From contig OZ059896.1 of assembly GCA_964057225.1 (NCBI GenBank), positions 16,678,001 to 16,742,000 of the forward strand: a stretch of DNA of 64,000 bases, given 5' to 3'. Origin of the DNA: Auanema rhodensis (Eukaryota > Animalia > Nematoda). The notes under the pieces are model-generated. The model was not told the origin of the DNA and made no database searches. It was given only the letters and a program-made list of their open reading frames with translations. Positions 40,701 through 53,669 of the stretch are shown piece by piece; the stretch's first letter is position 1; each line of letters opens with the position of its first letter. Made by a program: the position numbers and the translations under genes.

Positions 40701-43700
40701 CTAGCTTAGATGAGTTTTTAAAAGAAGCAGAAGTCAAATATCGTCTATCTAATATGAGGAGGCGAAATAAGATAGAGAGAAGCGAATTAAGAGAAATGAT
40801 TTAGGAAAAAAGGGAGTGTACACGAGAGAGGACAGAGATAAAGCTTTGAATTCTTATACTGAAAGCCTGATAATAAACTAAATAGGAAAACGTAGCCATA
40901 CAATTCGAAATAGATTAATACTTGGATTATGATATGCGTTGAAGGTAGATGAAGAAATGTTGATGAGAAACATACTTAGTTATAAATAATATGATGAAAT
41001 ATATTGATGATAACGTTGAAAAGAATGAGAACGAAGTTGCGATGACAACAGTTTACAGGAAATTCAAGATGTCTGAGTATAGATGTGTGGATGGGTGTGC
41101 TTACTTGAATATTCCAAAAAAAAAGGAAATTAGAGAAGAGATACTTCCTCTTGGCAAAACAAGGCATATCACGTGGCAGAAGATTTGTTGGATCAGGAAA
41201 TATTGAGAGATTGTTGAGGCTAACGTAAGGAGGGAATCGGGAATCAAACAAAAATAGAAACAGCATGCGTAACTAGAGAGGAACAGCTAGTCAGAAAGAA
41301 CGAAATAAAGAGAGGGAGGAGAAGATCAGCAGGGGGATACTAGCTGATATCCATGTATGCTTCATGCTAGATGAGAATGTGATGAATGTGTTGATGAGAC
41401 GGATTGGTGAAGTTGACAAATAATCTGCCAAAACTACAAGAATCCTTTACATCTTCAAGATAAATATTTGAGAAAAAAAAAAGAAAAAAAGAAGAGAAAA
41501 CACGAATTGCCGAAAAGCATAATAGAAGGATGTTTAGTTGCCAAGTTTCGGCTTTTGTGAAGAAAATAAAAAGTGTCGAAAACTGAGGACTTTTTCGGGT
41601 AGACATAGCTCGATTTGAAAGAGAGATGAAGCACAGACCGGGGTTATGGAGTTGAATGGGATGTCTTTCTTTCTGTGACAAAAGAGAGGAAGGAATGACT
41701 AGGGGTGGGATGTGAATAGACGAAATAGAGTCAGAAATATGGAGAGCAAAGAGATAAAATAGAGAGAAAGAAATATCTAGTAGAGAAATGAGGAAATAGT
41801 GTGATTAGAACGAGAGAAAAGAAATATTTTATGAAAGTGTATAAGATTAAAAGAGGGATTGTGAGAGAAAAAGATTAATGACATGAGAGATAATATATAT
41901 GATAGAGTGAAAGAGGAAGTGAGAATGTGAGACAAGAAAAGATAGATAAAGGCCTAGTAGAGCTAGGAGGGCAAAAGGTTGAACGGAAAAAGCTAGACAT
42001 TGCTGGACTCACACAATGAAGTTGAAAATGGTGGACAGTGACAGACCACGACGGATATACACATGAAAAATGAAGAGTCAATAGGCTGGGGTGGTGCAAA
42101 GAGAAAGTTAGCTGTCATGTTGTCCATGAGCTCCAAAAAAAGTTCTATTATTTGAGTGTTTTTGACAAAAATGTGGTGAATTGAGAAAATAGAAATGCAG
42201 AAAAATGAAGGAGAGGATGTGGTTGTAGAAAGATAAAAGAAAGAGAGGGTAAGAGCGAGCGAGAAAAAATAGAGAGAGAGAGAGAAAGAAAGAGAGAAAT
42301 TTGTAAAAAGATTAATGAAAAGTAATAGTAAATCGTCCTCATCATAACGCAACACGAGAGGATTCGCGTGCTCAAGCATCTGATCGAAATCTGCAAAATT
42401 GGCTGACAAAAACGAGGAGGGCAGAGAAGACATATTGGTAATATTTCAAATGAATTATTTAGAAAATGAGAAAAAATTCCTGAATTTCTTTTGGTTGTGC
42501 AGTAGCAAACAATGCAAATTTCTTATTCTATTAGAAATAATAAATTGTAGTATTAAGCATGTATATATTGAGATATAATATAGATAGTTTTTCACAATAA
42601 AATCAAATAATCTTTTTTTGATGCAATGTAAAAGTTTGTAAGCTTGTATTTTACGTTTAATTATCGAAAAAAAACCATTATTTTCAGAGTGCAAACTAAG
42701 AACAAATGAGCAAAATTTCAAAGATTATAATGAACGACATACATAGAATATACAATTCGTTAGGTCTTGTCGTCGTTGCTGTTGTCAGCAACGGTTGTAC
42801 TAAAATGGTTATGAATTCAGTGTATAGGGACACATACATACATACATATATACTATTTTCTTCAATCGCATATCAAAATTTTTTCTGAACTTTTCTAAAC
42901 ATTTGCGGTCTCTCCTTCTCTCTATCTCTCTTTCTGTCTCGTTAACTTTCGCTCTATCGCACCCTTCTCTCCTCCCTTCTCTCACTTCCTCTATTTCAAG
43001 TTGTTGCAAAACCTGACATTGAAGCTTGATCTTTTTTTTACTTTTTCTTAAATAAACTGAATAATGTTGTAGACAAAGTTAGTCATGAAATAACATAAAC
43101 AAAAGAAAAGTATGATTGTTTATTGAAAACTTTCTTTGAAAAAAAAGAAAATCAAAAGAAAACGCAAATATGTGTTTTGCAGCATCTTAATCATAATATA
43201 CGAGAGCTTCAATCCATAAAAATTTTAAACAAAGAATATTGCTGTTTAAATTTTAATTTCAAAAAAAAATCAAAAAAAAAAGCGGAAGTTAATAATATCA
43301 AAATGTCCATATAAAATAAATTTTATTATATAATTAATGGACACAAATTTGAATAAAAACGCATGAATTGATTCAAGTGAGAATGTATGGAGCGTTGAAT
43401 TAGAGACATATGCCTATGTATATATATATATTTATATATACATATGTTTATGATTAATAAGCGATTTATAATATAAAAATGTTAAGATGTTGATTCAAAT
43501 ATAGAAGATTATGATATAAATTAACTATAAACATAATTATAAACTGAATTATAATCAATATGAATATATTATATTATATTTCATCAATTTTATAAATCTC
43601 CAATTTACTTCATATATCATGTTCTATTCTAACATAAAAATATAAATACATATATGTATATATGTATTTTCTTCATATTAATTGGAAGCAAACATTTGAG

Positions 43701-45785
43701 TTAAAACAAGAAAATATGCATTTTAAATCTTAAAATAGACAATATTTCAAGTTATATTATGCTGAAATGAGATTATTTGTTTTCTGTTGATTTGCTGCAA
43801 TGAGTCCAGCCTGACAAACAGTTTAGTTAACATGGAAAAAGAAATTTTTTTTCAAATTATCAGATTTCATGTGGTAATATCTAAAAAAATATTATTTTTT
43901 CCTTGAATAAGCATTAGAAAATAAGGAAATTGATTGAAAAAATAAATATATTTTATAGAAATAGTGTTATATTTCATATGAATATTATAAGTTGGTTTAG
44001 GTGAAAGATTTTCAAATCAACAATGTTAAACTATGCGAGTTCATTTAGAGTGCTGAACATCGATGAGAAGCGGTTGCATTTGCAATATAATTAGTATTTA
44101 TTTGAAATAAAATAAAATATATATACATATCTAAAGAAAAACATAAAAGTAATAATAAAAAATAAATGTAAATATATAGGATAATAGACATTTATAATAT
44201 GAAAATAATATATTTTTTTATATTTTAAATATACATATGTATATATATATATGTTCTGAAATAGAGATATACACGCACATATAAATCCATATGTATCACA
44301 TGAATATATATAATATATATATATTAAATATGTATGTATATACATATCATTAGCTTTCATTGAAAAAAATATAAAAAAGTTTTTCCTTCCCTTAAAACTT
44401 TTGCAAAAGAAAGAGTTTTCGATTTTCAAAAACGTACTCCTTGTTACGTTTACATTTGAGATTAGCTCAAGTAGTTCACTTTATATAATATTTTCAAAAA
44501 TCTTGGCAAAGAACGACGAAACAACAAAAAAATTTTTCTTTAAGCTATTTTTCATTCTTTTTATTTTATTTTAATTTTATCAAATTTTATTAAATAATAC
44601 AATGAAAAATGATTGTTATTGTAGTATTGAAATAAAAAAAAAGCTAAAAATAATACATATTTTGCTATATTATATATTACTATATATCGTATAAATAATT
44701 AGAATTAAAAGTTAAATTAGTATAATCGTTCGAAAATAAAGTGAATGTCATTTATCCATTTCCCCTTTTGGATATAAGGATAATCAAAATCATTTTATAA
44801 TCTGAGCTATTGATAGTTTTTTTTTCTCAGATCATCAAGTTTTTATATTAAAAAAAAACAAATTATATGATATCATTTTATAATATAATATATAATACTT
44901 TAACATCATTTTACAATGTTTGAAATACGTCTCAAATCATCTGAAAAAAATGAAAACTGCAAATGTTGAATGTGTTAGAACAGATGAAAAAGGTCAATCG
45001 TTTTGAGAGGAAAAAAAGTTTGGCAGCTGGTATAAGTTCATTCAGATCTGATATGTCTTTGCATACTTTTTTTTCCTTCCAAGTTTTAGTTCGAAGATAC
45101 ATTTCAAAATATTCTGAAGGACATTTGTCTTTTTTTGTTTTGTTCTCAAAGAATTCTTTTCATTTGTTGAAATTAGGTGCAGATGAACGAGAACGTTTTT
45201 GACATTCCATCGTATGTATTATATGGCTCTAATAGATCAATGGCTTCAAAAGTACAATAGTACAATTTGAGTTCAAATGTTTCATTTTTAAATTTAAAAT
45301 CTTGGAATGAAATTTTTTATTTTGATAGGATACGTTTGAATAGAACAAACAATACCAACATTAGGAAGAAGATAGGGAAAAAAACATTTGTATGTATAAA
45401 TTAGATCATCTTTTTGTACAGACAATTATGAAAAAAAGTATTAACTATAACATATAGTTAATACTTTCTTTAAAAAAAATGAAACAACTTTCATGCTATT
45501 TGATAACGAAAATGTCTAATTCAGAAAAAAACGAATTCAACTGGAATGAGCAAAAAGGTTAGAAAATGGACGAAAAAAAAACAAAAAATCTAAGCTACTA
45601 CTGAGAACATGCAATGGAGAAGAAGAAAAAGAGATGACGTGTAAGATTTTTCAAAATGAAAAATGCTTCTGTTTGTCTATATAAAATGAATAACTGAACA
45701 AAGGAGAGGTGTGTGTGTGTGTGTATGTAAGCTACTTCAACGGAGTGAGAAAGAGGGAGATTATGCTAACTAATGCTTCAAAAAC

Positions 45786-48700
45786 TTAGAGTTTGTATGG
45801 AGCGTCAGTCTTCTCTTCCTTGACTGGCTCTGGCTGAATATCATCGTAATGAGCTTCTTCTTCGCTGTAGTCGCTGCCTTGATGGTTGTAGTTTTCAGTG
45901 GCAGCTGGAACCTGTTGAGGAGCGGGGGTAATGGCTGGAAGTGGAGCTGGTACTTCAGGTTCGTCATGGATTGGTTGTTCCTCTTCGTGCTCTTCCTCAG
46001 GTTGTTCCTCAGGTTGTTCTTCATGCTCTTCTTCGTGTTCGTTGTTGTATCCTTCTTCCTCTTCTTCCTGTTCTTGCTCTTGCTCTTGTTCTTGTTCTGG
46101 CTCTTGTTCTTGCTCTTGTTCCTCTTCATGATGTTCCTCTTCATGATGTTCCTCTTCATGATGTTCCTCTTCGATGTGCTCTTCCTCAATTTCTTCTGGT
46201 AATTCCTCGTGGTGTTCTGGGTCAGGGTGGTATGGAATAATTGGGGTTGGTTCAGCAGGGTGGACTGGCTCAATTGGGTGAACTGGCTCAACTGGTCGAG
46301 TTGGGTGAACTGGCTCAACTGGTCGAGTTGGATGAACTGGAGCAATAGGGTCAACGAGTTCATACTCCTCAATAACTGGGATTGGATCACTTGGATGTGG
46401 CTCGGCTGGTCCTACTGGTTCTGGGTGACCGGTACCTGGTTGAATTGGGTGTGGGATTTCGTATGGGATCTCACGGGGGTTGCTTGGCTAAAGATAAATA
46501 ATTTATTTACTATACTAGAAAATATTAGGCTACCTCTTTGACTGGCTGGAATGGAGCTGGTCCTTCGTTCTAAAAAAATTAAATGAGATTCATATATCAA
46601 TAGAAAACACATAACATATAGTTAGAGAACAAAATTATAGTTTATTAGTATAGCTTTGAAATTGCAGTTAGTATAAGAATGCTTGTTATAATCCAAAAGC
46701 TTCATCTCCATGAGTCATTTCTAGCTCAAATCCCATATTCCTTTCCGGACAACCTATTGTATACTTACGTATGGAGCCAATGTGGCAGGTTCAACATGAA
46801 TCTGTTGTTGACGGTTAGCTGTTGAAGTTGATGGTACGAAGAAAGCTTCAGGATTCAATAGCTCTGGCTCAACAATCTTAGACTCCGTTACATCAACTCT
46901 CTCTTCAGGATTTGGGGCTACCTGTCTTGATTCGCCATGAGTATTTGTGATAATTTGAATGTTATTAGAACCAGAATTAGAAGTTTCTGAGTCAATGTCT
47001 TCAATTTCATGACCATCAATATGTTTTGGTTTAATATTAAATTCTTCAGGAACTGGCTTAGTTTCAGCAGATGTGGTTACAACTATAGTTGTTGGTCTTG
47101 AAATTTTAGAAACAGTTTCAACAACATCTACATGCTTTTGAACGACTGGCTGAGCAGTAGCCACAAATACTTTTGATTGAGAGGTTTGAATTAACGGAGT
47201 TTCGGTTGCAATATTGTGTGAGCCAGAGGGTAACGTAGCAGGAGCTACCGTATTCTCAGTGATTATTGTAGCTCGGTTAGCGGTTACTGTAGTCCGAGAT
47301 GGTTGTGCAAAAGGTGCGACCTGTGAGAAGATTACGAAGTAATAAGAGAAGAAAACTGGTGCAATTAAAAGTTTTGTAATAATTTTTGTTAAAATTTGTA
47401 AATTAATAAAGAAAAGTGTAATTTTACAAATAATTTAAATATTATATATGAAATGGTTGAAGTTATATCACGGTGGTTACTATTTGATCATGCTATATAT
47501 CTATTTGTGAATAATACTCTGAATTATAAGTGAATTGATGTTTTTTGGTTACAAATGCTGTGAATTTTGTAAATTATTAAATTAAATTTGAATTAGTTAA
47601 AAGTTAAATGTAAAACTCACTCCTGGTACTGGTTGAGGAACGGTCTTATCTTCATATCCTTAAAAATTTTTGATTAGAATCAATTGTCTTAACAGGTAAT
47701 ATCTTACCTTCCTCAATGACGTGACCGGGTCCGACTGGGGTTGGGACAACAACTAAAAAAAAATTAATTTAAATTATTTTCTATATTTAAAACGTTGAAA
47801 CATACTTGTTGGGTGTACAATTACTTCTGGAACAGTTACTGTTGGTTGGACAACTTGGACATCATCTCCTCCGGTGGGGTGAACAACAGGTTGTGGAAGT
47901 TGACCTTCGTTGTATCCTCCTGGAGTATCGTGGTGTGGTTCAGGTTGTTGAGGTTGTACTGGGTGTTGTGGAATAATTTGGTTGTATCCAGCATCAGCAT
48001 AGTTTCCACCGAAACCGGCAGCAACTGGTCCCCCAACTTGTACTACAGATGGAGCAGCAAAACCTCCTGGAGCAGCGTATCCCCCAACAACTGGGGCAGC
48101 GCCGAAAGATGGTCCCTGAGCGTAACCTCCGACAACTGGGGCAGCTCCGAAAGATGGTCCCTGAGCATATGCTCCGGCAGCTGGAGCAGCTCCGAAAGAT
48201 GGTGCCTGAGCATAACCTCCGGCGGCTGGGGCAGCTCCGAAAGATGGAGCCTGAACATATCCAGAAGCAGGGGCAGCAGCGAAAGTTGGTGCTTGAGCAT
48301 ATTCACCAGCTGGGGCAGCAGCAATAGGTGGAGCTTGAGCATATCCAATTGGAGCACGGGGATAAGCAGCTCCTGGAGCTGCGTATGAACTAAAAATAGT
48401 AACATAAATAAAAGGATCTAAGAATAATTCCAGTTTTTTGGACTAAATCTAATTTGTAGCGAAATCATTAAAAGGAGAAGAGAAACAGAAAAGGATATCA
48501 CAATGTCCTTGAATTTAACACTTCGAAAATCATAAATGTTCGAACATTTATAGCTCGTAATCCGGATGTAATAGAAAGAACGTTTCAGAAGTCCAGAATA
48601 AGTTTTTGTTCAGAGTTTTAAATCTTTAGGGCGACATCTCAATGATTCAAAACTATTTCAGATATTTTTCAGCGAGTTGAAAAAAAACGGAATTTTAAAA

Positions 48701-48987
48701 AACTTACGGTGCGCAAGATGGAGCTCCGCATCCTCCTCCTCCTCCTCCTACGAGGCCTCCGAGGCTTCCGAGACCTCCGAAGCAAGCCAAAGAGGGTGAC
48801 GCTAATAAAGCGATAGCAAGAATCTAAAACAAAAATAAATTGAAATATAATTGAATGAATAGTTTTAGTTATAAAATAAATATTCTTCTAAATGATTAAT
48901 TCAATAGAAAAAAAAAAGAATATTTTTCTTCAAATTAGAAGAAAAAATATAAATGAAAGAGATATAAGAAATGCTTACCGCTGCCAT
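45786..48987 (-). CDS. Secreted Pro/Ala/Tyr-rich, acidic-tailed cuticle-like protein (paralog A)
   Basis: MAA|ILAIALLASPSLA-CFGGLGSLGGLVGGGGGCGAPSCAP, then YAQ(G/A)PSFGAAP repeats, P(V/I)EPV repeats, EEEH/EQEQ runs and the end AHYDDIQPEPVKEEKTDAPYKL*. Canonical splice sites throughout. Confidence 0.85.
48095..48300. repeat. 45-bp coding tandem repeat (about 4.5 copies)
   Basis: The unit CCGAAAGATGG(T/A)(C/G)CCTGA...GCAGC recurs every 45 nt and encodes GGYAQGPSFGAAPVV-like 15-mers on the minus strand. Confidence 0.85.
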
Positions 48988-51900
48988 AGGTTGTAGTGGA
49001 TGTGAATGAGCTGAGATGAGACCGGCTCTGCCTTAAGTAGTCGTGGGCGGAGGGGCTAGCTGATGTTGAAATCGAAATTAGGGAAAGAAGCTGGAAATGG
49101 ATGAAAAAGATACAGAAGAAGCGGTGAAATGATGTTGAAGAAGCTAGTTCTTTTGATATCCGACAGCCACCTGTTAGTTATAGATAGCATGCGAAAAGGT
49201 AGAGATTTGTTGGATGTTCTCCCCCCCCCCACTTGCTATACCCCCACTACCATGCCACCAAGCAAATCTTCTTTCTCTTTCTTTCTCTCTCCTCTCTCAA
49301 AATATCGTTCTCACTAGTAGCCACTAACCCCTCCCAACTGTATAAGACACTCCTGAGAAAGTGAAATATACAGATACAGAAAGAGGAGGAGTAATGAATG
49401 ATGTATAATGAATATACGGAGAATAATGAGAGAAAAAAGTGCGGGAGATTAAGAATGAAATAGCACAAGGATCGACTGTGATCATCGGAGAGATGATGAG
49501 TAGAAGCTGGCTTATTGCTGATTTTGGTAGAACAGCAGGTAAGAACTATCCAATTTACATGTAAAATCGAATGAGAAACAGACAACTGATCAGGATGCTA
49601 TAGATTCACGACAGATTAATTATCGAAAAATCATGCTTTTTGACAACTTTCTTTCACTAACTGAATAAATTTCATGATGGCTATATACAGTTGTTGCAGA
49701 TATGTATAAGAAACCGGATTCAAATATTATTTTTACTTATGATTTGCAGATATGATAGCATATCAAATGTTTTTTCTTTCATTAGGAGATTTATCATCGC
49801 TTTTTCTTGGAAATTTCATCCTTTTTCTTTCCATTTCACTGACATTGTAACTTTTCTGAATAGGTTTTCAATCCTACTGTATAAGTTTCGTTTTCTCTTT
49901 CTCTCTATCTCTCCCTTATTCATTTAATTCTGACATTAGCATGTTCAAAACTAAATATTTTAATTTAAATTATATTTTTAAACTGTTTCAATCTCAAAAG
50001 GAAATCTAATTAAAGCTGTAGAGGCAATTTTTCTCGGATTGATGCATGTTAGCCCGCAGATGATCATTATCTTCATGCTATATTAGCTATGATTTCAGGT
50101 ATAAAGTTTCAGGATAATGTTCAGGAGAGGGGCATTGTGTAGTGAAAAACTGGTTAATCTGTGATCTACAAAGCAAAAAAAACTATTTTTGAATAATAAA
50201 CCTCATAATAGATCATTCAACACCTAATGATATAGGTACATCTAAGGTGTTGGTCAGTTTTTTTTCAAACAAAAAAAAGAAGTTTTTTGTTTGTTTTGAA
50301 AACATATGATTCATTCTACCTTCTGAGATAATACAGCTTTGCACACCGTTAGTATCCATGCATATCCTCTTTTCGTTGTCAATATGGTGAATCAACCTCT
50401 CTCTCTATCCTTATCTTTCTCTCTCCCTCTCTAAATCTCTCTTTTTCTTTCTCTTGTTATCTTTCGCTATTCAGGCTTGGTCGTCTTGTATTCATCAATA
50501 GCATCTTGAGAATTCTGAAGAATTTCTTAGAATTTCAAAGTGATGAACATGCAAATTTTATGGATCATTCCATGAGATTTAGATTTTGATTTGAAGAAAA
50601 ACGATGATGTAATCGTATCATCCATTTTATTCTTCAATTCTTATACAAACGAACTTTCAAAATATGTTTCTGAAACATTTCAGAAATAGTTTTCAATGTA
50701 TTTCCTATAGCTTCAATGTTTAATTAAGTATCATATAAAATAAAAAAATAAAATTAGCAATTATCCAAACATAGTAAACTGATAGTGAGAGAGTTGAGAA
50801 AAGGTATAAAAACTTTTTTTTAGTGATTTCTTGTTTCTTACGAGCTAAAGCAAAGAGGCTTTTCGTAATATGTTCTCTTTTCCTCTTCTCTCTCTCTCTT
50901 TCTTTTTTATTTGCCCTTGATAGTAAAAACCGAATAAAATGCTTGTAGCAATATCTGGAATTATGATAAATTTTCCCAAACCATTTGATTCGAATATCAT
51001 TTTGTCCGTTATTGACATGATACTATCGATATATGGCACAGATGTATGTAGATATGTGCATAAACTGTATAAAACAATTGCAGAAAACTTAAATGATAAT
51101 CCATTAATAGTTAAGAAATGAAAAGTCAATTATTCAGTCCTCTTCTATCATTTTCTCTTTCTTTCTCTTATACATACATGTACATACAAACAATTTCTTT
51201 CTAATTCTATGCTTTATCGGAGATAGCTTAACGGTACATCATTAAAAGCTTTGCAGTTTGAGTTTTTCTTCCATTAAGAATTCTAATAGTTTTTACAATT
51301 GAAATGATATAATAAGATTCATTGAAATGAGGAATTTAACTATTTAATTTGGTTATCACTATCACATTTCGATTAAATTTAAAAAGAAAATCGTCTAAAT
51401 ATTTATTATATGAATATAATATGTTTCATCAGGAATCTACAACAATATCTCTATTTATCTATATAATTATATAATAAATAAATTGATTTAATCGTTTATT
51501 ATACATTTAAAATAAAAAAATAATCATTTTCAATAGTTTGAAGTGTATTATTGTTATTTAAAGTGAAATTTAAAATTACATGTTGAGCTATGTCTTACAC
51601 TAATTAAGCTAAATTTCCGAATATTCCTGTTAATTGTTTTATTTTCTTGAGCGATGGTTACGTGGTTCCTTGTAGCATATCCATCGCATTTTCATGTTTC
51701 ATCCTAAACAGGTCTTGCCAAGATCCTCATCCGCTCGCAGTGATGCAATTTCTTATTTCGATCAGGTGAACAAGCCTAGTTCCAGATCATGTTCAGTTGA
51801 AAACACAAATTCTCTATATAAGGTGGGAGGGGGGGGGCAGGAAATAAAAAAATGAGAAGGATATAGTGATGAATTGGAGATGAAATAGACGGAAAGCCTA

Positions 51901-53669
51901 TGTTTCCGAAGAAAGAAAAGAAGAAAAAACAGCAGAAACTAGGGGGATTTGATCAAGTCATCTGATGAAAAATGTTGAAAAGAAGTCGTTATCACCTATC
52001 CTTTTCTTTTTTATTCCCTTTTTGTTTATAAAAATCGGGAAAGCTCATAGAAGAATATTCTGAAAGATTTGTTAAAAATTATTTTTTGTTTAATTTAATA
52101 ATAAAACCAAAAAAAACTTTATTTTGAATCAGTGAAAACGAAATAAAATAAAAACAAAATAAAATAAAATCGGATCATTGATCATACATTATTGAATTCA
52201 TTCCGACTAAACAATTTCTAAAAAAATGTGTGCATGTGTAGGTGAGTTGGTATATGTGAAGTGCTGTGATCTGATAGATAGGTGTGTAAGTAAGGATAAG
52301 TAAGTATTAAATTACTTGTAAATAATAAAAGTAAAATTAAATTAATTTCAATATGTACAGACAATATATGAGAAAATAAAAATAAAAACAATAATTGCTA
52401 TTTGTTTTGTTTTGTTTATATATATACACCTGATATGGCGATATTCGAAGTTGTTCATTCAAGATTTTAAAAGCATATTCAAGCTTTAATTAATCTTTTT
52501 TTTCTTAATGCATAACTTTAAGAATATAGATTCTTCCCATTCCGATTGGATTATTTCTCTCAAGTTGAATAGTTCCAGCGGCCTGAATGTAAAATAATTT
52601 TTAAACATTTCCTTAACTTAAATTTTTAAAAAAGAAAAATTATTTTGAATACTTTCGATAATTTTTGAAAAAAGAAAAAACCTTTTTGATTCCGATATAA
52701 GACTGATGATGCTCTTCTTTATCAGTTGTAACAATCATCTGAAACGGTTGCGTAATGAAGAGAAACTCGTGCATCTAGATAACAATCAAATTGCTTAAAC
52801 GGTTCTAAGCTCTTAAGTTTCGAACATCCCCGTTGAAAATCGATTTGATTAAGAAGTTTTTCGTTCTTCTTTAGATTTTGACTTGGATTTGGATTAACAT
52901 CTGGTCTAGTAAGCTTATATGCATGTATAAACTTTACAAGATATTTTCTTATGTTATATTTTTTTGAATAAATAAATAATAGAAAAGTAAAAAACAGAAA
53001 GATATTATATTGTTAAAAATTGAAAAAGTAAACAATAAAGTCGAATCCAGTCAAATAAATTTTGAAAAAGAAAGTAATTTTCTTTCGTATTTTCAGATCG
53101 TTTTTTCAATAAATTTCAAACTTTTTCTCTGGTTTCGATACTTCAGGTTATATTATAAGAGAGAAGAGCTTTCCTATTGTTTGGATTAAAATAATTTATT
53201 GGCATTTTATTAACGTGTGTGTCACAATTATATGAAAATAGTGTAATATTAGATAATATTAATGATAGAATAAGGTGGCGGGTTTTTTCAAAATTTACAG
53301 ACATGGTGTTGGCAAGCTCAGAAATGCTTTTCTGAGATTTGCCGTTCGTGTTGTTGCATACGACAACAGAGTACTCGAGATTGCTCATGAGAACACAATC
53401 TTCAAAGTGCGACGATTTTGTTTAGTTGGAACGGTGTTGGTGTTGGACGTTATAGGACTACTACAAACACTAATTAGTCAGAAAGATGATACTAAATAAC
53501 TAAGAAGAAACTATAAACTGAAGAATTGGTCGGATGTCAAAAAGAATTTGACCATTAGTAGTGGCCAGTGTAATATAGACAGACTTAAACATAGAGAAAA
53601 ACAGATTTTGATATGACTGTAGAACAGAAGACGTTTAGAAGACCGTGCAAGTTAGTTTTAGGAAGAAAC

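Noticed and set aside
38001-44429. Many 60-170 aa Phe/Leu/Ser-rich ORFs
   Set aside because: Expected by-products of CT-rich, AT-rich non-coding sequence, with no motifs or coherent splice structure.
45770-46541. Several long ORFs (F/L-rich, W/N-rich, Cys/Ser-rich, and a 206-aa minus-strand ORF)
   Set aside because: Antisense or off-frame shadows of the repetitive terminal exon of paralog A. The spliced frame is the E/H/P-rich one.
47795-48405. 197-aa Ser/Trp-rich and other overlapping ORFs, and a superficially CRISPR-like periodicity
   Set aside because: Shadows of the 45-bp coding tandem repeat. There are no unique spacers and the context is eukaryotic.
52505-53460. Exon-like stretches downstream of paralog B, considered as a Ground-like domain or separate gene
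   Set aside because: I could not build a consistent stop-free model and found no Ground-domain Cys pattern. A small gene here remains possible.
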